A stretch of 30,534 nucleotides of DNA from a virus (lineage: Duplodnaviria > Caudoviricetes): IMG/VR virus record IMGVR_UViG_3300032305_001926, positions 1 through 30,534 of that record. One strand, written 5' to 3'. A program made the position numbers and the translations under genes. Positions 7,848 through 16,651 of this stretch are shown in pieces; the first letter of the stretch is position 1, and each line of letters starts with the position of its first letter. The notes below the pieces were generated by a model. It ran no database searches and was not told the origin of the DNA. It worked only from the letters and a program-made list of their open reading frames with translations.

Positions 7848-8647
7848 ATTTCTATTATTTGTTGGTTATTATATTGAAAATGGCAAATTCCTTCTATCAT
7901 TATATTTTTATGACTGCAATCATGGATATTATTATCTTTAATAACTTGAAGTAAATATAAGTACTTTTTTTCAGATATTAAATGGTGTTTTGTAAGTTTA
8001 TTTCTCTCTATGCAATTTTTCAAAAAATCTTCACAACTCCATCCTTTAACATATTCCCATATTTTTCCGTTATAGTTAGGAATATTTTGAGTATATTCAT
8101 ATGTTTCATCTAAATATGTTTGGTCATTAAGATAATCAATTTTAGAAATATTTAAAAAATAAAAATTAGTTTGTGGGTAGAAATCTTCATTTATAATTTT
8201 ATTAAAATCAAAATTATATGGAATCATACCACCATAACCAATACCATTCATGTAATAGAAATCAGCTTCCTCTATTGTTTTACTGAGTATTTTTTCTTGT
8301 AAAATTATATCATTTGTTGATTTACAGAGCCATTCTTCTCCTAATAATTTGCAATATTTTACTACAAGATTATCTAAATCAGCTGTTCCAAAATTATGTC
8401 CTCTATTGGTTGGATTATTTATATAAACACAATTAGGAAAATATTTAGTCCATAACTGATTGTTCTTTAAAATTAAATTTGTATCTGAGTAATTTATATA
8501 ATTAGTAAAAATAGCTATTCTTTTAAATTCTTTTAAAACTGGTAAGTTATAAAGAATGTATTGTTCTAATAGATCTAGATCATCTTGAGATGAGATATAA
8601 CCTATTGTTCCATAAATTGACTTATTAATAAGTTGCTTTAAATTCAT
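7844..8647 (-). CDS. probable GT-A-like glycosyltransferase or glycan-related protein
   Basis: NRGHNFGT..D and WLCKSTNDI resemble GT-A elements; context within the glycosylation cluster. Confidence 0.45.
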   Translation of the reverse strand: MNLKQLINKSIYGTIGYISSQDDLDLLEQYILYNLPVLKEFKRIAIFTNYINYSDTNLILKNNQLWTKYFPNCVYINNPTNRGHNFGTADLDNLVVKYCKLLGEEWLCKSTNDIILQEKILSKTIEEADFYYMNGIGYGGMIPYNFDFNKIINEDFYPQTNFYFLNISKIDYLNDQTYLDETYEYTQNIPNYNGKIWEYVKGWSCEDFLKNCIERNKLTKHHLISEKKYLYLLQVIKDNNIHDCSHKNIMIEGICHFQYNNQQIIEI

Positions 8648-9278
8648 CCCAAGTTATTAAATTTAATAATTGTTTTCTATTTGAATCAAAATATTCATAA
8701 TTTAAAAATTCTGATTGGAATGTATAAGTATTATTGTTTGATGTTTGTATAATACCTACTCCAAAATCAGTATCAATGCAACAAAATTTATAACCAGGCA
8801 TATGTAAATGATATTCAACAAATGCTTTCCAAGTATCACCATTCCATGCTATTGTTTGTCTATCAGGTAATTGAGCTTCATAACTTACTGGATTGCAATC
8901 ATGTAACACAATAAATCCACCTTTTTTAAGGTGTCTCAATGAATTTTGAATATCTTTTGATACTTGTTTATATTCATGTAAACCATCAATAAAAATTATA
9001 TCATATATTATTTCATCATGTCCTTTAATTAATTCAAAAAAAGCATTTGAAGTTATAGGATAATTTACTTCAGGAACAACATACCCTTCTGCACCAGGAT
9101 CTACCCCATCTTTATGTTGAGCTTTTACTTTTCTAATATTCTCACCTTGAAATACTCCTATCTCAAGATAATTAACCAAATTGTATTTATCAATTAGGTA
9201 ATTAATAACATCATATCTTTTTATTTCGCTATTCAAATTACGAATAACTTCAGGTTCACTTAAATTATTTTTATACAT
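8625..9278 (-). CDS. class I SAM-dependent methyltransferase (Methyltransf_24-like)
   Basis: YLEIGVFQG, GVDP, YDIIFIDGLH, LKKGGFIVLHD, WNGDTWKA, DFGVG. Confidence 0.85.
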   Translation of the reverse strand: MYKNNLSEPEVIRNLNSEIKRYDVINYLIDKYNLVNYLEIGVFQGENIRKVKAQHKDGVDPGAEGYVVPEVNYPITSNAFFELIKGHDEIIYDIIFIDGLHEYKQVSKDIQNSLRHLKKGGFIVLHDCNPVSYEAQLPDRQTIAWNGDTWKAFVEYHLHMPGYKFCCIDTDFGVGIIQTSNNNTYTFQSEFLNYEYFDSNRKQLLNLITWDEFKATY

Positions 9279-10134
9279 AGTTTAAAACGTATTGTGCTAA
9301 ATGTTTTGTTGTTAAATTATTTTTAGTATAATTAAATAACTCATTTAAGATAGTATCATATTTTGACTGATCAAAATTTAAAGCTAATTCTCTAGCTTCA
9401 ATTAATAATTCTTTAGGTAAATTTGTTAACGTTTGTTTAGGACAAGATTCTAAATCTAAAAAATACGGAACACAATGATTAGCTAATATTTCATGAGTTC
9501 TCATAGTCTCCCATCCTGCTTTTTTCATTGTTACTCCAAAATAAGATTTATTATAATCATTATAATATTCTTGTTCTATATCAAATTTATATCCATTTTG
9601 ACCTGGAATTATAGAACCATATTCTTGAGTTTTATTTAAAAAGGTTTGAGTTATTTTACATTCTGGAATAGCAAAATGAATAGGAATAAACTTATTTGAT
9701 ATCAGTTCCCGTTTAAAATAAGGATGTTTTAAAGATAGTAGATTTACGTCTCCAAAATCATCTCCATCAATTAAAAATATTTTATTATTAGGATATATTG
9801 AAGAAACCAAATCATAATAATCTAAACATCGTTTTACAGCACCATATATAATTAAATCAAAATATTTGTCTTTAATTTTTTCTTCAATATTAGTTCTATC
9901 TGTTGTGTCTTTATCAATCAGAAAAGTTGATGTAAAACCCTTACCCCACAAATGTTGAATAGGAATTTTATCTTGGTTTTCTTTATATAAATGAATAATA
10001 GGAGTACTATCTATTACTTCTATATTTTCTAATTCAGTTAAACCATAAAATAATAAATCATTAAGATAGTCATTTAAAAAACCTCCACTCATTTGAGCTA
10101 TAGTTTTATGATTTGTTATATAAAGAATTTTCAT
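9271..10134 (-). CDS. GT-B-like glycosyltransferase (phage type)
   Basis: MKILYITN start (ATG at 10134 preferred over the TTG at 10155), YFKREL, YNKSYFGVTMKKAGWETMRTHEILAN.CVPYF. Confidence 0.65.
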   Translation of the reverse strand: MKILYITNHKTIAQMSGGFLNDYLNDLLFYGLTELENIEVIDSTPIIHLYKENQDKIPIQHLWGKGFTSTFLIDKDTTDRTNIEEKIKDKYFDLIIYGAVKRCLDYYDLVSSIYPNNKIFLIDGDDFGDVNLLSLKHPYFKRELISNKFIPIHFAIPECKITQTFLNKTQEYGSIIPGQNGYKFDIEQEYYNDYNKSYFGVTMKKAGWETMRTHEILANHCVPYFLDLESCPKQTLTNLPKELLIEARELALNFDQSKYDTILNELFNYTKNNLTTKHLAQYVLNYV

Positions 10135-10362
10135 ATTTAAAATTAAATGGTTCAAAAATTTCTTTTATGCTATCAAAAGTTCCATAATAGAAAGATCAAC
10201 TATCTGTGCTCCAGGAAATGCCCATTCTGGTTTATGACATCCTACATCTACTCCTTTTCCTTTACAAAAATGCTTAGCATAAGGTATAGCAAACTGTGCC
10301 GCATTTCCTTCTGTTTGGAGTTTAGGATATGTTTTGTTTTTGTATTCTATAATTTCAATCAT
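10106..10362 (-). pseudogene. truncated SAM methyltransferase joined out of frame to the 3' remnant of another gene
   Basis: The 65 aa ORF has SAM motif I (GVDVGC) but stops soon after; another frame from ~10189 reads YYGTFDSIKEIFEPFNFKYENSLYNKS* and overlaps the next ATG. Confidence 0.6.
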
Positions 10363-11279
10363 TTTAAAAATATTTTGTTAAATTGTGCTATTACTTTTTC
10401 AGGGGTATACTCTTGATAACAATTCCATTCTTTTCCTTCTATATCTGATTTTTGAATATTCATTAGTGTATTACATAGCGAATTATAATCATGGTAATAT
10501 ATTCCTTTATCTTTTAGTATTTCTATATGATTACATTCTGGTGAATTAGAGTATGTTATTATAGGTTTATTTTTTGTAGAAAACTCTGCGATTGCTAATC
10601 CAAATGTTTCTCCTCGTTCACGGGCATGGATCATAGCATCACAAGTGTTAATAAATGCTACTTTTTGTTCTTGGTCTATTGTTCCTTCGATAAAAATAAT
10701 ATTTTCTAAATTACAAAATGGATTTTGATTCATAAATAAAAATATTATATCTTTTCGTTTGTTAGCAACATCTATTACCGCTTGTCTAGCAAATTGTATT
10801 TCAAAATTATTACCTCCATAATAACCTATAACTAGTTTATCTTTTGTATTAAATTCATTTTTATAATTACCTAAATATTCAGGTAAATTAACCATGTGAG
10901 GAACAAATGGTGTATCTTTATTACAAAAATTAGCTAGCCACTGAGAAATATAAGCATATACATCTCCGTGTGGATCATAAGAAGGAAATACAGCATGTAT
11001 TAAATTTTTGGATTCAGGATGAAGTATTCCATCATTATAACCATATTTTAAAACATGGAAATAATCTCCTTTTATTTTATAAACATCATTAATAATATCA
11101 ACTATATGAGTTGTAAATCTAGTTTTAAATTTATCTAAACTTTTTAATTCAGACGTTTTAAGAGAAATTATTATTGATTTATTACCTAATATTTTTTCAT
11201 TATAATCCGCATAATCATATACCGCTATACTAGTACCACGTTCATTTAAGTTAGGATCAAAAAATAAAACCGTTTTCAT
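10359..11279 (-). CDS. GT-B glycosyltransferase (GT4-like)
   Basis: RGTSIAVYDYA, CDAMIHARERGETFGLAIAEF (E-x7-E acceptor motif), KPIIT. Confidence 0.85.
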   Translation of the reverse strand: MKTVLFFDPNLNERGTSIAVYDYADYNEKILGNKSIIISLKTSELKSLDKFKTRFTTHIVDIINDVYKIKGDYFHVLKYGYNDGILHPESKNLIHAVFPSYDPHGDVYAYISQWLANFCNKDTPFVPHMVNLPEYLGNYKNEFNTKDKLVIGYYGGNNFEIQFARQAVIDVANKRKDIIFLFMNQNPFCNLENIIFIEGTIDQEQKVAFINTCDAMIHARERGETFGLAIAEFSTKNKPIITYSNSPECNHIEILKDKGIYYHDYNSLCNTLMNIQKSDIEGKEWNCYQEYTPEKVIAQFNKIFLK

Positions 11280-11280
11280 G

Positions 11281-11880
11281 TTATTTTTTAATAAATAATA
11301 TATCTTGTTGATGAACTAAAGGATGAATGTTTTCGTCTAATATTTCTGCTTTTTTAAAACCAATATTATCCATAAATGCTATTACATCATCATATAATGG
11401 AGAATTTTCATTATATTGGGTTAATGATACTTCTAATAATATACCTTTAGCTTTACTACATAGTTGGATTCCTCCAGAAATTATATCTAGTTCTGAGCCT
11501 TGTGTATCTATTTTTATTAAGTCAAATTCTGAATTATTTTCAAATAAATTATCTAGTCTAATTCCTTTTTTATTTATTATTTCTAATTTATCATCTGAAT
11601 AGTGCTCTGTTAGTTCTTTATATATTGAGTTTCCGGTGTTGGTAGGAATATCAGTAATAGAATAAAAATTATATTCTGACTCATCTTTTGCTAGTAATCC
11701 CATATAATAATTACTAGTAATCTGTTTAAGATAAGGCTCACACTCATTAGAGGCTTCAATTGAGAATATATAGCTATCAGGAAACTGATTTTTACATAAT
11801 GTATGGAATTGTCCAACATTAGCTCCTATATCTAGTATTCGATATGGGTAAAAATAATCAGTTATTTTAAATAGATTCAT
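11281..11880 (-). CDS. FkbM-family methyltransferase
   Basis: ILDIGANVG, IEA, RLD, DLIKIDTQGSELDII.G, ILLEV. Confidence 0.9.
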   Translation of the reverse strand: MNLFKITDYFYPYRILDIGANVGQFHTLCKNQFPDSYIFSIEASNECEPYLKQITSNYYMGLLAKDESEYNFYSITDIPTNTGNSIYKELTEHYSDDKLEIINKKGIRLDNLFENNSEFDLIKIDTQGSELDIISGGIQLCSKAKGILLEVSLTQYNENSPLYDDVIAFMDNIGFKKAEILDENIHPLVHQQDILFIKK

Positions 11881-12514
11881 AAAATTTATTTTGTTTTTCT
11901 TGTTTTTCTATTGATTTGATATGATATAAACAGAAATCTTCTGTATCATAAGGTAATATACTAAATTGACTTTGCCCTTCCAATACTTCATGAACTTTAT
12001 TTCTCCATTTAATACCAGTATTTAATTTAAATAATCGCATTTGGAAATCAGGAAAGTTGACTCTATCTTGATCATCAACTCTCCATCTCCATTTTTGAAT
12101 ATGTTCTTGAGTTAAACCATTTACTTTATTAACTCGAGGAATATAGAAGCAATCTATAGTTGAATTAATTTTAAGTACTGGTTTAATATTTTCAATTAGA
12201 AATTGATTTGGTATTTCATCAGCATCAATTTGGAATAGGTAATCACCTGATGCTAATTCAATTAGTTGGTTTTTAAATGTAGCAAAATCACCATTAAGTT
12301 CAGAATCTAATACTCCAAAAGATATTCCTTTTTCTTTAAAGGCTCGGATATATTTAAATACTACCTGATGGACATCATAATTAGTTTTAGATGTGTCTTT
12401 TAATACTACAACTTCATCATTGTCATCTATATGTAGTAATAAGAAATTTAGAAGACTATTTAATTCTTCTGCCTCATCACAAACTGTAACACCGTATGAC
12501 ACTTTTATCCCCAT
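11867..12514 (-). CDS. glycosyltransferase family 2
   Basis: VSYGVTVCDE, DFATFKN, GDYLFQIDADE, PDFQMRLF, W..KVHE, LYH.K. Confidence 0.9.
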   Translation of the reverse strand: MGIKVSYGVTVCDEAEELNSLLNFLLLHIDDNDEVVVLKDTSKTNYDVHQVVFKYIRAFKEKGISFGVLDSELNGDFATFKNQLIELASGDYLFQIDADEIPNQFLIENIKPVLKINSTIDCFYIPRVNKVNGLTQEHIQKWRWRVDDQDRVNFPDFQMRLFKLNTGIKWRNKVHEVLEGQSQFSILPYDTEDFCLYHIKSIEKQEKQNKFYESI

Positions 12515-12526
12515 ATTTCTATATTA

Positions 12527-12558
12527 TTAATATAATATTATTCTGAGAGTAAGCCAAG
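12527..12558 (-). promoter_or_regulatory. putative -33/-7 promoter driving the variable glycosylation cassette
   Basis: CTTGG-N19-TATATTAA; overlaps the end of the upstream ORF. Confidence 0.65.
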
Positions 12559-12987
12559 ATAACTTAATGCTTCTATATAATCACGTTCTTCAAAATGTTG
12601 TTGAGTACTCATATCCATTCTCCATTCAGCGTAACCTCCACTTTTAAGTTTAAATTTTTCCTTTTCTTCTTCTTTAACAGGTACAGCTAATACAGCTGTC
12701 CATTTCCAATTGTTAGACCCAGTACCATTAGCAAATATCATTCCTTTATTAGGAATGTTTACTGTTGATGGAATCCAAATTTTTCCTGTTTCATCTTCAA
12801 CTATTAAAGATTTATATAGTTCAGGAAGAATATCCATTTGTTCTTTTAAAAATTCACTGTCCATTTTCATAGCAGTGTTGGATGTGAAACCACATCCATA
12901 ACACCAATATAAATTAACATCTAAATTTATTTCTTGTTTATAACAAGCATCTGATCCACATCGATCACAAATTATTAAATTATCCAT
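12538..12987 (-). CDS. hypothetical protein with N-terminal Zn ribbon
   Basis: CDRCG...CYGCGF. Confidence 0.75.
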   Translation of the reverse strand: MDNLIICDRCGSDACYKQEINLDVNLYWCYGCGFTSNTAMKMDSEFLKEQMDILPELYKSLIVEDETGKIWIPSTVNIPNKGMIFANGTGSNNWKWTAVLAVPVKEEEKEKFKLKSGGYAEWRMDMSTQQHFEERDYIEALSYLGLLSE

Positions 12988-12990
12988 TTT

Positions 12991-14301
12991 TTATATTTTT
13001 TTAAGTTTTGGTAATTCTATTTTCTTTAATTGAGGTAATTTTAACTCAATAGCTTTAGGAAACTCAGGAATATATTGAGTAAATAATGAATCTACTTTAT
13101 TTTTCATTTTATCCCAACTAAATTCATTTTTACTTCTATACGCTTGACGTTTAGCTCCTTCAGTGTAGTTTTTATAGTTTTCAAATACATCTTTAAGAGC
13201 ATTACCAACTTCATTATAATATGGACTAAACCATTGTGATTCAGGAATTAAAAACTGATTAACAGCACTTGGATGTACGTTTTTTAACTCACCATTAATA
13301 GCTACTACAAATTCAGGATTTAAGAAATCCATATGACCACTCCAATTACTTACTATAATTGGTTTTTTAACTAAACTAAATTCAAGTAATGGACGACCAA
13401 AACCTTCACCTTTAGTTAAACTAACCATTGCTTTTACTTTTGGATGGTTATATATTTCATTTATTTCAGTGTCTGTAAATTCACCATGTAGTAAATAAAC
13501 ATTTGGTAAGTTTTTAGAGTCTACTGTATTTTTAATTTGTTGGATTTTATTTAAAATAATTTCTCTATCAACATATGATGATACAGCTCCAGATGTTTTT
13601 AAAATTAAAGCAGGTTGTTTAGATTTGTTTTTAAATGTTTCAAAGAATGATTTTATTAGTAAACTAACATTTTTTCTATCTTCACCTAAATCTCCACTCA
13701 TCCAATGACCTACAAATAAATAAGCAAAATCTTCTTTAATATCTGATATAGTATCACTTAATACACTTGCTCCTTTAATAGCTGGTTCTTGAGGTAAATA
13801 AATATCTAAATTAGCTCCTTCAAATAATACTTCAATAGGTTTATTTAATTCAATTATACCTTCAACTTGATTTGTTTGTTTATTACGTTTTTCAAATTTA
13901 CTGTTTTGAAATACTTGTTTAGAATGTTCTGAAGATATTAATGTTAAATTCATTCTATTTGCTCCTTCAATTAAATCAGCAGCACATATATTTGATTCAA
14001 TACCTGCTGTTACACCTATATTGTATTTTCCTACAGGTGTAAATTCATTTGGAACAGTTATTTGCATCCATATCTCAGGTTGTTTTGGTAATTGAGGTGT
14101 AGTTAAAACATAATCATATAAAAATGACCATTCAGGATTATCTTTACAAAATCCCCAAGCACAATCACCCCAACGTTGAGGAAGTAATTTAACATCATAT
14201 TTGTTTAATTCAATAATTGCTTTAATCAAATCACGACTACGGGCACTATAGCCACTATACACATCAAATGGTGATGATATAATAAATAACGGTTTATTCA
14301 T
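12991..14301 (-). CDS. GT-B glycosyltransferase (GT4-like)
   Basis: SGYSARSRD, YLFVGHW, DRKN, KGEGFGRPLLEF, PIIVSNWSGHMDF. Confidence 0.9.
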   Translation of the reverse strand: MNKPLFIISSPFDVYSGYSARSRDLIKAIIELNKYDVKLLPQRWGDCAWGFCKDNPEWSFLYDYVLTTPQLPKQPEIWMQITVPNEFTPVGKYNIGVTAGIESNICAADLIEGANRMNLTLISSEHSKQVFQNSKFEKRNKQTNQVEGIIELNKPIEVLFEGANLDIYLPQEPAIKGASVLSDTISDIKEDFAYLFVGHWMSGDLGEDRKNVSLLIKSFFETFKNKSKQPALILKTSGAVSSYVDREIILNKIQQIKNTVDSKNLPNVYLLHGEFTDTEINEIYNHPKVKAMVSLTKGEGFGRPLLEFSLVKKPIIVSNWSGHMDFLNPEFVVAINGELKNVHPSAVNQFLIPESQWFSPYYNEVGNALKDVFENYKNYTEGAKRQAYRSKNEFSWDKMKNKVDSLFTQYIPEFPKAIELKLPQLKKIELPKLKKI

Positions 14302-14314
14302 AACTTTATTTTTA

Positions 14315-15760
14315 TTAGTATATTAATTTATGGTTTAATGTTTTTTTCTTAACTTCATTAGTATTAATGAACTCAAATTTTTCTCTTGGTTTCCAAGTAG
14401 TGAATAATTCATCTATAGCTTCAATAACTCTATTAGACATTTTTTCACTTGTAAATCCTGCCTCATCACTTATAGCCCATTCTCTACCCGCTAATCCTCT
14501 TGTTACTCTTTCACTTATAGACATATCATATAATTCTCTAATACGTTCAGTAGCATCTTCTGGTCTGCATCTATCATCAAAAATATATGGAGTTGGAGGT
14601 GAACCCATAATTGAAATATTACTTGGAAATACTGGAAAAGCCCATTTACCATGTTTTTTATAAGTGCCTCTATGATTTGAAGGTATTTCTGAATCAAAAT
14701 CAATCCATTCATCTTTATCATTTTCAAAACGCATTTGATCTTGCATTCCACCTGTAACATTAGCTATAATTGGTAACCCAGCTAACATAGCTTCAGTTAA
14801 TGCTAATCCCCATCCTTCATTTGATGTTAATAAAATTTGAGCATCAGCTAAATTATATAGAAAATTCATTTGTTTAGAATCTTTTCTATCTGTTGAGAAT
14901 ATAATATTATCCTCATACCCATCAAAAAATAATTCTTTAATAGCTAATAAATCAGTTCCATGTTCACTTACTAAGTCTGTATGTAATACTAAAGCACATT
15001 TTTTAGCTTGTTCTGGTGTTAATCCATCTAAAAATAACTTAAATGCCATCATAGTATCAGGAATTTGTTTACGACGGATATTTCTAGAATTAAAGAATAA
15101 AACAAAATCATATTCTTTATTTTTAAAGAACTGTTTTCTAAATACATTAAATTCTTTCCAATCTGGATCTTCATCAGTTAATGGTCTGAATATTTTTTCA
15201 TTTAAACCATGAGGTACATACTTAATAATTTTTGATTTAGTTTTATCACCTAAAACTAATTTATTAATATTTACAGTTTGTTTTGAAATACCTAATAAAG
15301 CATCACATGCTTCATAATACGGTTTATTATAGTGTGGTGCTGGTAAATCATCCCAAATATTTAAATAAACAATTGGAGTATGTTTTCTAATTTCATTTTC
15401 AATATTAAATAACCAAATAAAATATCTTGGATCAGTAATCAAAAATATAGCGTCTGGTTTTTCTGCTTGTAATAAATGACGAACTAAAGTAGTATCACCA
15501 TAACCATTAACTGGATATAATATAACTGATGAATCATTAATACCAGCATGTTGATTTGTATCTTGAGATAGGTCTAAACGTTTACCTATTTCTGGGTGTT
15601 GAATTGCACCTGCAATATTTACCCAATTAAAATGATGAGCACTGTTAACTATTAATTCTCTAGCTACAGTAGCTACTCCTGAGTGTACTCTAATATCATC
15701 ACATATTAAAAGTATCTTTTTTCGATCCTTTTGAGGAACATAACCTAATTTTTCTTTCAT
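14315..15760 (-). CDS. GT-B glycosyltransferase (GT4-like)
   Basis: KILLICDD...SGVA, VPHG, RNIRRK, NEGWGLALTEAM.AG.PII..VTGG. Confidence 0.9.
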   Translation of the reverse strand: MKEKLGYVPQKDRKKILLICDDIRVHSGVATVARELIVNSAHHFNWVNIAGAIQHPEIGKRLDLSQDTNQHAGINDSSVILYPVNGYGDTTLVRHLLQAEKPDAIFLITDPRYFIWLFNIENEIRKHTPIVYLNIWDDLPAPHYNKPYYEACDALLGISKQTVNINKLVLGDKTKSKIIKYVPHGLNEKIFRPLTDEDPDWKEFNVFRKQFFKNKEYDFVLFFNSRNIRRKQIPDTMMAFKLFLDGLTPEQAKKCALVLHTDLVSEHGTDLLAIKELFFDGYEDNIIFSTDRKDSKQMNFLYNLADAQILLTSNEGWGLALTEAMLAGLPIIANVTGGMQDQMRFENDKDEWIDFDSEIPSNHRGTYKKHGKWAFPVFPSNISIMGSPPTPYIFDDRCRPEDATERIRELYDMSISERVTRGLAGREWAISDEAGFTSEKMSNRVIEAIDELFTTWKPREKFEFINTNEVKKKTLNHKLIY

Positions 15761-15802
15761 ATAACTTATTTTATTTGATGGTTGTGAATTGATTTATTTT
15801 TC

Positions 15803-15991
15803 TTATTTAGGTAATGTAGTATCTGTCTGGTTATGAATCTTTTTTTTAAATTCTTCATTAGTTAAGTACAAATATATACATCTTTCTGTTAATTTTTGTA
15901 GTGAAAATTTATTTTTTACACAAGCTATACGGAATTCATCCCATATATCATTTGGTAATTTTACGGTTGTTAATACTTTTTGGTCACTCAT
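15803..15991 (-). CDS. small ribbon-helix-helix-like DNA-binding protein
   Basis: Alternating N-terminal strand VLTTVKLP followed by two helices (DIWDEFRIAC; SLQKLTERCIYLYL). Confidence 0.55.
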   Translation of the reverse strand: MSDQKVLTTVKLPNDIWDEFRIACVKNKFSLQKLTERCIYLYLTNEEFKKKIHNQTDTTLPK

Positions 15992-15993
15992 AG

Positions 15994-16614
15994 TTAGTTA
16001 TATTTTAAATTGTTTTTACCTTTTTTAATCCAGTTATGAATAGTTGTAGAAGATACATTGTAATGTTGAGCTGCACCTACCGCACTTATCCACTCCTGGT
16101 TAGTAGAATAATTAAGTATGTGTTTTCCGTTTTGTGGTACTCCTGTTTTTATATCACTTATAAATTTCTTAAATTCTTCACTTTTTGGTTTATCCTTATT
16201 AGGTGATATTCTTCCTTTAAAAGAACGAGATCTTCCTCTTAATAGTGATATTTTACCTGTATGTGATATAGAGGCTTTTAATTTAGACTCTTCAGTCCAA
16301 GAACCACCCTCACCTCCTCCTTTTATATTTAAACCATTTTTAATTGAATCACATTTTTTAATCCAAAATATTTCTCTTTCACTTAATTGTTTTTCGTCAC
16401 ATTCTTCAATTACTTCAAAGATATGTCCATCCCAACTATATTTTTTAAGAGAATTATAAAGTTTAATTCCAATAACTCTTTTATCTAATAAAGCATATTG
16501 CATAAACCTATATTCAATATCTTTAGATTTACCAATATATTCTTTACCTTTAGGATTTGTTATCTTATAAATACCACAATAAATAATACTTTTATCTCTT
16601 CGTACCATATACAT
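15994..16614 (-). CDS. free-standing GIY-YIG homing endonuclease (Seg-like) with NUMOD-type and HTH DNA-binding tail
   Basis: GIYKITN...YIGKS...R, E..WI, G.N..GGEG; SEEFKKFIS NUMOD3-like repeat; C-terminal AAQHYNVSSTTIHNWIK HTH. Confidence 0.9.
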   Translation of the reverse strand: MYMVRRDKSIIYCGIYKITNPKGKEYIGKSKDIEYRFMQYALLDKRVIGIKLYNSLKKYSWDGHIFEVIEECDEKQLSEREIFWIKKCDSIKNGLNIKGGGEGGSWTEESKLKASISHTGKISLLRGRSRSFKGRISPNKDKPKSEEFKKFISDIKTGVPQNGKHILNYSTNQEWISAVGAAQHYNVSSTTIHNWIKKGKNNLKYN

Positions 16615-16651
16615 ATAATAATATATCTAACTATAAATATATACTATTTTA

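Noticed and set aside
15994-16651. Group I intron around the GIY-YIG gene
   Set aside because: Flanks are only 2 and 37 nt and both neighbouring genes look complete.
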